From: Balanoglossus misakiensis
Taxonomy: Eukaryota > Animalia > Hemichordata
NCBI GenBank assembly: GCA_040954595.2
Contig: CM082593.2
Location: 8,999,200 to 9,063,199 of the forward strand
Direction: 5' to 3'
Length of the DNA stretch: 64,000 nt
Of this stretch, positions 53,964 through 64,000 are shown piece by piece. Position 1 is the stretch's first letter, and each line of letters begins with the position of its first letter. The position numbers and the translations under genes were made by a program. The notes under the pieces were generated by a model that did no database searches, was not told the DNA's origin, and saw nothing but the letters and a program-made list of their open reading frames with translations.

Positions 53964-56900
53964 TCAGCGTTTGCCCTTGCTAGGTTTGGTTCTGTACCTG
54001 GAAATAAGAGGCAAATAATTACATTGTAAGAATGGGTGATAAAAATAATCTAATGTTTGCAACCTGACTGATATTCATTGTCAAGCAACTTTAAGATGTC
54101 TGGAGATCTTGAAATATTTTTTTTCAGGACAATTTGGTTACATCTTACTAATACAATCTCCAAGATCCTACACACCAAACTTGAAAGAAATCTGATAAGT
54201 GGATTCAGAGAAAATGATTTGGTCAAAAAACGGAAAGAATTGCCCTCAAGAGAGAATTATTCAAAGTTCACTACAATTTTAAGCGAGTAAGGAAATCTCT
54301 AGGAAGCTTGCAAACGAAGTTTCAAAGCAATTGGACCATTGGTTTCAGATATTTTTAACAAACAAAGAATGGCAAAATTTGCTCCAAAAATCCAATCATG
54401 CATATGTCAGGACAATCTGAATACATGTTACTGAAAATATCCATAGAAACCTGTACACCATGACAGACATTCCACCAATGTGATGAGCTCAGTTGTCACC
54501 GACAGCAGACCGAAAAAGTAGTTTTACCTCAATTGTACAACTGTTCCGTTGTCTTTCTTGTATACAATCTGCACTGGCAGTTTGGATATAATGTCCTCTT
54601 CGGAGCCAAGGGAACTGATATCTGCCTTGTATGGCGTGTACACACCATCTATGACCAGACATCTGTGGAAGAGAAAAAAAAGTTCGCGCATTTTTTGGAT
54701 GAACTTTTTGAAAGGGGAAGACAACACAGCTATGATTTTCTTCACATGTCCCAAGGAAAGCCAAGTTGGTTTGTGCCAAATACTAAAATGTTATGATTTA
54801 AGTATTTTCAATGGATGTGAAATTGACAATATACAACTTGGTTGTAAAAGTGAAATTATTAATCATAACCAGGTTATACTACTGGTCAGAACAGAGTGCA
54901 TGATCGTGTATTAATAGTATTTTTGGCAGATGAGATCACCATCAGACGTTGTCCAATATGAAGAATTTAAATTTTGTGTCGTTTGTCCAGTAGTTTAGCC
55001 AAAGATAACGCCACACTGACATGTGTGGAAGTGATAATGAAGATGTACTAACTTCTCGTCTGTGTCTATTCCTTGAAGTGTACCATTCGCCTCAAGAATT
55101 TCAGCATCATCTTCTATAGTCTGAAAATAAGTATGAGACATATTAGTGAATCTGAAATATCTGTATAGTAGTGTTGGTAGTGTGTAGTGACTGTTAGAAA
55201 ACACATTAAAGCCCCAGTATTTCTCATTTTGACAATTTTTCATCATCAAAAATTTCCTGTTTTTTCCGCATTCATCTTGGAATACTAGATAATGAAGATA
55301 TTAGCAAGATTTGTGCTGCTGTAACTATGTGCAAACCCTAAATATTGCCTGTAAAATTTGAAATGACCGACAGGTTTGTTTACAACAGAAATGGTGCATA
55401 TGTGAATTTTTGCGAGTTTCTTCAAACATTTACTAGATTTGGGACAATCAAACCTCTTCAGTGTGGGTTCTATAAATGTTATGCATGGCTGAATCTGTGT
55501 ACATTTAGTTGTATAGGCACAGCAGGGGTTAGATTGGATTCCATGTGTCAACAAAGCCTGACTTTCTGTCCGGACAGAAAGTCATTTTCAATTGTTATAT
55601 TGAAAAGTATATACATTTGTGAGCAGGGCTGGTAATAAAAACTGTGAGAGTCATTATCAATTATTATCTACTTTTAGAAATTGAAGATATTTCAAATAGT
55701 GCGGTATGGTATGTCATGAAAAACAGCTCCCGTAGGATTTTTGTGCTAAAATTGATTTTTTTGCTGTTTTGGCTTCTATGGGGACCCAACTACCCGAAAA
55801 TGATGGGGTGCAATTTTAAGGGCCCCTCCATCATATTTTTCTGGGGGGGGGGGTACTTCCGTTTTGTGGTATGATATGTATTCCCGTAGGATTTTTGTGC
55901 TAAAATTGATTGTTTTTGCTGCTTTGGCTTCAATGGGGACCCAACTACCCGAAAATGATGGGGTGCAATTTTTAGGGCCCTTCCATCACTTTTTTTCTGG
56001 GAGGGTACTCCCGTTTTGGCCTCCCCGAAGATATTTATTCACCTATCTACTCCATTTGCGTACAATTTTCTGCTAAAGAATTTTTTTGCTGTTTTGACTT
56101 AAATGGGCACCCACCTGGTCACAAAAGATCACATGCAAATTTTAGGGCCCCTCTATTACATTTGTGGGAGGGGGGCACTTCCATTTCGACAATCTTAACG
56201 GTATTTATTCACCTATTTCCTGTATTCTCGTAGGAGTTTTTGCTGATAGTTATTTGTTTTGTTTGCTGTTTTGGTTTCAATGATGAATAAACACCCCCAA
56301 AAAGATGGAAATCAATTTGTTGGACCCCTCCATCACATTTTCTTGCAGGGGGGTCACTTTAGTTTTAGCAGCCCTGGAGATATTTGTTCATTTATCTAAC
56401 CTTCATAGTGTGATATGTGTATTTGTAAAGGATCTTTTCCAATTTCCTTTATTTTTGTTTCAACTTCTATGGGGACCTAATTGCTCAAAAATGAGGGAGG
56501 TCAAATTTTAGGGCCCCTCCACATTTTGGGAATCTCAAATATTAGATGGTTTATGGGGTAAACATATCAGTTACCTACATTTGTATCAGTTGTCACATAT
56601 ACTACAGCGCTGTCTTAGTTTTATAAATATACTTAGTTGAATTATGACTCTAACAAATCAACCACAAATATCTCTCTGATTTGGACTAATATACCTCCCC
56701 TCCATAATATACCTCCCCTCACCTAGGACCGCCACCCAACTCATCACCACACTCATGTTTTCTATGGTTTACAAAAGTATAGTATACTAGGCTATACCAA
56801 ATAGTATAATATATTAGGGTTACTCTTTTTTCTCTTTCCCGGAGCAATTAGTGAAAGTCTGTGTAGATGTGAACTTTTTCGTTAAGAGTTGTTTATTCTT

Positions 56901-59900
56901 TCGTAGCACAATCAATGTCTGAGATATTTACCATTGTACTAAAATTCTCACCGATATCAGTCTGTGCAAAAACTCTGAAGTACGTTTTAGTTCAACACTT
57001 GTTTTTTGGGGTATTAAAACGATATTCAGTTGAACTCGTTTCAAAGTTAAATAATGTCGTAAATAAAGCCTGTGAAGTACATATCAGTTGAAGTATTGTC
57101 TATTTTAAAGAAGTATTTTCAAAATTTCCATGCCAATAGCGTAATAGTGCTGTAAAAAGCCCTTGAATTATGTCTTACTTCTAAAACTTGTTTTGGTAAA
57201 CATTAACAATATCAAATTTGGCTCATTTTGTAGCTCAATACTACTGAAAATAAAACAAGTCTGTGAACTACATCTCAGTTTTATTACTAAATACATATTG
57301 GCTATTTTCTTAGCACCGTAAGCCGCGTTTTACGTTCCAGATCGATAGCTATTTGGACATTTTGCAATAAACTACAGAATTAATATGTCAGATAAAAACA
57401 AGATTTGCGTGATCTGTGAAAAGGGTGCCACCCCTTCATCACAATGAGGGATAAATCATACGCAACAAATTGTCCTGAACTTCCACCAATCGATAAGAAT
57501 GGGTAGAAATCGGAGAATGGCGTGTTTTATCCAGTAAAATGTCTTGCTCTCCATGCACCAAAGGCAGTACTAGAGCTTATCAAATGTGGCTGCAAAGCAG
57601 GTTGTAGGGGACGTTGCAGTTGCTCAAAGAATGATTTACCATGTACTCCCCTCTGCAAATGCTATGGTGGAGACTGAAAACCAATTAAGGGAAAATGTTC
57701 TTGAAGATAACGACACTGACGATGAGTAGATCAAACAGAACTGGTTTTTGTGAAAATGATGATTGAGAATACCAAGATATCAGAAAAGAATCGTTATGCT
57801 TCTTGGGTTGTTTATTGCACCTTCCGTGGTAGGGAGGGCGCCTCAAGGGTTCATTTTATGAGATGGGACTGTAGCTCGGAAAATAAACTAAAATACACAT
57901 TATGTACTTTATTATATATAAAGGAGTTTTAATTTACCTTAGTATACTAAATTTAGAATAAACGAAAAAATATATGATTAAAAAACAACTGTTACAACGG
58001 GTTGGCGAAAACAAATATAGAGACCCCCCCCCCCACCAAAAAAATGTGGTAAAGGGGTCCAACATTTTGCACACCATCACTTTTCAGCAGTCAGTCTGCA
58101 TTCAAGCCAAAGGAGCAAACCAAATTGCAAGAAATACCACGACAATACTAACCGTATAGTAAATAGGTGAACAAGTATCTTCAGGGTGGCCAAAACAGAA
58201 ATGATTACCCCCCCCCCCAAGACATGATGGAAGGTTCCAAAAATTTGAACCCACGCCATTTTAGTTCTGGTGGAGCCCCATTGAAACCAAAACGTCAAAG
58301 AAAATAAAAAAGTTCGCAAAATATTCTATGAGAAGGGAGTAAATAGGCCAACAAACAACTTCGGAGTGGCCAAAATGGAAGTGCCCCCCCCCCCCAAAAA
58401 AAATAAAAAATGATGGAGGGGCCCTATAATTTGCACCCTATTATTTTTGGCCAGGTGGGTCCCCTCCAAAGCAAAAATAAATTAATTGTAGCCCAAATTC
58501 CCGTGATAATAGAGTAAATAGGCCAACGAACAACTTCGGAGTGGCCACAATGGAAGTGCCCCCCCCCCCCAAATAAAAAATGATGGAGGGGCCCTATAAT
58601 TTGCACCCTATTATTTTTGGCCAGGTGGGTCCCCTCCAAAGCAAAAACAACAAAAACAAATTAATTGTAGCCCAAATTCCCATGATGATAGAGTAAATAG
58701 GTGAACAAATATCCTTGAGTGACCAAAACAGAAGAGACCCCCAAAAAAAATTGATGGAGGGGCCCTAAAAATTGCACCCCATGATTTTTGGGTAGTTGGG
58801 TCCCCATTGAAGCCAAACAGCAAAAAAAATCAATTTTAGCACAAAAATCCTACGGGAATACACATCATACCACAAAACGGAAGTACCCCCCCCCCCCAGA
58901 AAAATATGATGGAGGGGCCCTTAAAATTGCACCCCATCATTTTCGGGTAGTTGGGTCCCCATAGAAGCCAAAACAGCAAAAAAATCAATTTTAGCACAAA
59001 AATCCTACGGGAATACACATCATACCACACTAAAACAAAAATATGTCGAAACAAGAAATACTGAGGCTGAATTTTGACAGTGGATGAATACTGACCTTTA
59101 TTTTTGTGGAGACTGTGCTATTGACATGATTGACATCCTTGTACTTGTCTACGATTACTGGTCCAATTTTCCCTTTTGCACCTTCTCTGACTTGCAGGTC
59201 ACACTGTTTGCCCCAAAGGTTCATTTGCATTGACCTCAAACCATCTGTTAAAACGATATCTCTTCTACGTGTTTTATTTGTTGTTTGCTGTTCGTGCGAA
59301 ACCTAAATGTAAAGAAATTAAATTCCAAGGTGATACTGTGCAATGGAAATGTGTCTTGACTGGTACAAGTAATGCTAGTCAATTGGTGAAATAAGAGTAA
59401 GAAAAGGTGTTGTTTAGTATGGTAAGTTTACAGTTATTGATGTGAAATTAAATTATTCTCACCGAAGCATTTTCTGCCTGTATAATTTTGGATGACAATC
59501 AGAAATCATCAAGATAAGAATTTTAACCTGCAATGTTGTAGAAATTAGTCATCACTGTGAGGAATCATGGGGAGAACAGTCAATTTGCATAGAAATCTAT
59601 TGGGGGAAAGTAGGCGTTATTGTCTGAGTAAACAAAATATTTTGTCATAATGTGTGCATATGTGATTACCTTATCAATTCTAGCCACAACACTGACCCTC
59701 CTTTTTCGAGGCGAGTGCTGTAAATCAGCTAGTGGGACCTCCTCTGGTTCATTGAATAGTTTCTCCTGTTCTTTTTCAACTTTGAATGCATTGTTCCCAG
59801 TACGGGCAATCTACGGCAAAAAGGAAAAAAAAATCAATTAAAATGTAAAGCGATATTATTTGAAGATTACAACATGTAAGTGAAAATTCGGGAATGGGTC

Positions 59901-60618
59901 ATGAAATAAATCTCGTTTTTGAATAAATTAGGGGCAAGATCTAAAGTTCAATAAAAGTAACTTAATTGTTTAAAAGTTTGGTCTCAGACCCACCCCCCCA
60001 CTCTAACTAAACAGACCGAAAATTGAAAAACATTCGAAGCGTACCCTGCATTAATTCTTTCAGACAGCGTACTATTAAATTGAGTGAAAACAGAAAACCA
60101 TTATTAATTGACAAAAATATTCATATTGCAACACAACAAAAAGCAGTCTTGAAATCTTTCGTTTTGCCAAAAGTCGAATCGTTTTTGACTGCAGACATGA
60201 ATTTGGCCCAAAAACCCAACCCCCAAACTTGATCATTTTTTTGTAAACATCAATCTTTTGACGTTGCCGTTTAGTAGAGAGAAAAGACGAGATCTATCGG
60301 AATTGTAATATCATGCGATGTCGAGTTTTGAGGTTTATAGAGGGAACTGACGATTAAAGGGTCAAGACAAGTGTTCACCTTGGTATATTTGTTGACGCCA
60401 ATCCCACCGTCTCGACAATTAGTGAACCGCCGTAGTTCCAGAAATGTGCCTTTTGTGAATTTATCGACGCACCCGTCTTTCCAGATTTTAATTTCGTGGA
60501 AGTGGCCGTTGTCGTCGATTGCTGTTAAGTTGTAGAAGGGTCCAGTTGCGGCGTAACGCTCTTCAGGTTCTTCCAGAACCTTTATTTTTATGGCTAGATC
60601 TTGACTGTTGGTTGCCAT
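53964..60618 (-). CDS. Tandem OB-fold (RPA/HIN-like) putative nucleic-acid-binding protein, 274 aa; complement(join(53964..53997,54528..54662,55053..55120,59096..59302,59670..59810,60379..60618))
   Basis: All five introns are GT-AG with matching phases (0,0,0,2,2); 825 nt with no internal stop. Protein MATNSQDLAIKIKVLEEPEERY...HEIKIWKDGCVDKFTKGTFLELRRF...VSVVARIDKV...RRDIVLTDGLRSMQMNLWG...YRTKPSKGKR. The D.....LWG motif and alternating hydrophobic strand patterns are typical of OB folds; basic C-terminal tail. Confidence 0.8.
55697..59032 (+). mobile_element. Internally deleted Academ transposon in intron 3 of the OB-fold gene
   Basis: Termini TAGTGCGGTATG / CATACCACACTA, AAA TSD (55694-55696, 59033-59035); long inverted arms (~55697-56530 vs ~58020-59032) built of ~150-180-bp subrepeats; transposase remnant inside. 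Confidence 0.82.
57444..57677 (+). pseudogene. Academ transposase C-terminal remnant with Tesmin/TSO1-like CXC motif
   Basis: Reads MRDKSYATNCPELPPIDKNG*KSENGVFYPVKCLALHAPKAVLELIKCGCKAGCRGRCSCSKNDLPCTPLCKCYGGD*; the expected GW codon is mutated to a stop; acidic tail EDNDTDDE follows in another frame. Confidence 0.8.
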
Positions 60619-60963
60619 TTTCAGACTGGGATCTGATGCAACCTGTGAACAAGTGGATAATGGTATTTATGAGTTCATGAAAACAGTAGACAGTTGCAGC
60701 GAAGTTAGACAATTTCTCCTGAGAGCTTTGATTGTGTTAATGATGATTGCGTCGAACGCTAGACGAATGATTTTTGTACACATTGATATGTCTATGATAA
60801 TAAATCATAATACCGACTGGTAACGTATTCAGGCAAAACTGGTGAAACGGTTGTCATGCAATCTTGTCCTGAATAAAATATGAAATGCTGCGACATGGTT
60901 TCGCAATAACGCAAAGGCATTCCTTTTAGTATTACCACACAAATAGGAAAAAACTTTACTCAC

Positions 60964-61170
60964 TTGCTTATTTAATGATTCCTTGTGGACGACAGGCACT
61001 TCTGGGTGTCGGACACTTTTTCAGTACACGTCACTGAGACGCACTTCTGGATGGCGGACACTTTTTTTCCAAGTATACGTCACTGAGACGCACAGGACAG
61101 AAACTTTTCTCCTAGCAGGTTTCCGTAAAAATGACCCACGCCAGAGCACGAGGGTGGGTTTATATACTGC
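60964..61170 (-). promoter_or_regulatory. Putative TATA promoter and non-coding first exon of the OB-fold gene
   Basis: Minus-strand TATATAAA at ~61159-61166; donor CAA|GTGAGT at 60964/60963; acceptor CACAG| at 60642, 24 nt before the ATG; two ~47-bp direct repeats at 60996-61093. Confidence 0.5.
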
Positions 61171-64000
61171 TCATGAATATTCAGTGGATTCTGAGCCTGC
61201 AAAGTCCGAACCAATGGCAGGTATGGGAAAGAAGAGATCGAACGTAAAAGTGAGCAAGGGAGTGGGTGTGTCCAAGTGTAGTTTCCAAAAATGTTGCAAG
61301 TTTGAAGATGGGCCAATGACAATTCAAAATCGAAATGCATACACAATTAGGTGAGCAGGATCCTATTAGAATGATAAGGTATTCGATCTGAACCATGCAG
61401 AATATTCTCGTTAATTGTGTTGAAACTTTAACCGAGAATCAGTGTTTTGGTCACTTTTCATTTGCAGATGCGTACGCAAGTTGAGGCGTTGTACTAGTGT
61501 TGAAAAATCTTCACCATCGTTATGTATAGTATAATGTAAAGTTTGATAGGTATTATTTTTCCCGCTGAATATTTGATGAAATGTTCGATATCATTTTTCA
61601 AGATTTCATGAAACTACGCAGAGCCGTCGTAGCGGGCGCCGTACGGGCACCTGTGCAACACGATACGCATACACTGACATTTTTTTTTGGAACAAAACAC
61701 ACAAAATAAAGGAAGTCGAAGACATACCGCCCATAGAAATTTTTAACCGCTAATCAAACAAAAGTATCAAAATGTATCGTTAAAATGTTTGTAATTTATA
61801 AACACGGTGTTCGTTGGCTCAAAACTGTACCATCAGACTATGTACAAAAACGGCAATAAAACGTTGAAATTTGATGTATCCTGTGATTATAAGTCCGACT
61901 TTGTAGATTCTACACCAGCAGGCAGAACGAAAAACATCTTATTTCACACTAAACTTATAATCGAAACTTTATGATAATGAACTGGGCTTCAATAGTAACA
62001 ATTCAAAGACAGATTTACTGCGCGAAAGCTATAACTTTGTAGTTTTAGTTACAAAAACAAAGCTTGTTCGAAAACGACTTTTAATGAATGTCTACTTTTT
62101 GTCCGGTAAATTTTCCAGTTGGCCTACTACTTTCAAAATTTAAATGAATACAGAAATGGAAGCATGAGTTTCACATTTTAGAGAATTTGAACGAACAGTG
62201 AGAAAGGGTGTCAGACAACAACAACAACTTGTAGAAATTATGGCTTTAGTCGTTTTATATTGAAATTTATGTTTCGTTTGTAGTGGAGGCTGGTCGTTTA
62301 CGCCAAACGTTTTTTTATGTTACACGCGGTTCAGAAATAGGTTAGGCGAATTAGATTTTTTTTGTTCATATTATTCTAAATCAAAGGAGTATGCGATAAA
62401 TTACACCACGGAAACATGTTTGCGATTGGAAAAGAGGAGCTTATCATACATGCAACGCCTGTATGCCACTGCGCTATTGCTGTATTGTTCTCAGAGCGAA
62501 GATTAAGACAGAGTATTTTCACATGTGAGAATAGATAATTTTAGAACGTGTGCCGAGAGACGCCCACTACATTTTTCTCTTCACGGCAAAGATCGAGAAA
62601 TACACGAAAAATGATGTTTGAATAGACCAAGACCGATAAAAAGTAATGTAAAATCACATTATTTTGTGGAATGAAATCAAAATTCGCTCATCACACTGAA
62701 GTCAGCCAGCCACAACTTGCAACATTTGTCGCGTTATCAAGAGAGAGTTGTAGCAGGCGCCGTGTGAGCACGCGCAAGTTGGTTGTTCTATTCCTGGCAA
62801 ACTGTGTTAGGATGTCATCGAAATTCCCCTTTATCGTCCACAATTCGACCTGAGTTAATAATAGAGTTAAAAACTGTGAGCTGATTCTAAAAAAAAATGT
62901 ATCCGGAAACCAGCGACATATCGTTTTGAGTTGACAGCAGCGAAAAGAAAGTTAGTGGTCAGGGGTTTGAAGTACGTCGGGTTACCGGAAATGTCTTTTT
63001 TTTTCTTAGCATAATATTCTATTTTTGTTTTTGAAAACATTAGTAGCCATCTTAGTTCTATTTTTGACACTTTCATTGGAATGCTTCGCATACATCCATG
63101 CTTAGGTATTAAGATATGTCGTCTGGTGTGTGTTCTTCTGAATGTTATTTCACGGAAACTACCTCAATGGGACATAGAAATAGGTAATGTTCACGAAGCA
63201 AAGTGATGGCTGCTATCGTGCCTTCGTTCACATTCCGAACAATGTAGCGTTCTGTTGATCCTTCAACTGCGGTTGCAGTGCCGAATGTTTATGTTTAGCG
63301 CCCTCACTGTCTGGAGTATGCATCCATGATGAAGCAAGTAGGACAGTCTTGTACAGTCTATCAAGTGCAGTTTTTATATGACTGAATAGATTCTGGTGAA
63401 GTGAAACAACATTTGCGCTTTGAGAATTCTGTTAGAGAGGAAATGATGGAACTGTTTGGTATTGAAATCATGATCTTTTGTATATTAATGTTCTTGCTAG
63501 TGTATTTGAGTAATAGAAATAAAATGAATATAACTGTCCAAAATATTACTGCATATTCTGTAGCGCACAAAAGTTCTAAAAAATTGAAACTTTTCATTGC
63601 TTTTTTTCCATTTTTTCTGTTCATCAAGAAAAAGTGGACAGAAGTTGGTAAAAACCAAAACTTTCACACTAGTATGTTTAACATCCGGGCAAAATTATCT
63701 TTAAAATGAGAAACATGACACTTTACAATCTGTCCTGTACAATTGTCATCAAGATTTGCGATTGATCATAGACTTCTTTCCGTTTTTGCTATGTACAAAG
63801 AAAATCTAGATAGAAATTGGAGAAAACAAACGACTTTGAACAGTTCAATTTGTACATCAGGCGAAAACTATCAAAAATGGTAGATTTAAAGATAATCTTA
63901 GGAGTTGATTTGAAATAATTTATCCTTTTTTAATCAAAAGTCATATCAAATAAGGTCATATTAGTATTATTTTTATTCTTTAATTGACTGAGGTACCAGA

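Noticed and set aside
63163-63357. Minus-strand exon-like segment upstream of the OB gene
   Set aside because: Stops in the two frames checked and no link to other exons in the window.

Overview
AT-rich, intron- and transposon-rich eukaryotic DNA with no prokaryotic gene organisation; the repeat content suggests a marine invertebrate (inference). Main contents: (1) an intact six-coding-exon minus-strand gene (53964-60618, 274 aa) encoding a tandem OB-fold, RPA/HIN-like protein; (2) a ~14.7 kb array of a 90-bp satellite (36785-51452) with higher-order structure; (3) a plus-strand chain of paralogous micro-exons with textbook splice signals but no shared long ORF (13687-~35050), produced by tandem segmental triplication; (4) just downstream of that chain, a 56-nt tRNA-like cloverleaf directly preceded by AAAAAGCAAAA, the arrangement of the vertebrate MALAT1/mascRNA 3' processing module, which is the most intriguing signal; (5) many mobile elements: L2/CR1-clade LINE fragments (one nested), two Academ-type TIR elements (one with a transposase CXC remnant), Harbinger-type MITEs, palindromic MITEs and Helentron-associated (HINE/DINE-like) repeats. 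All coordinates and translations were read by eye; family assignments rest on motif recognition, not database searches.
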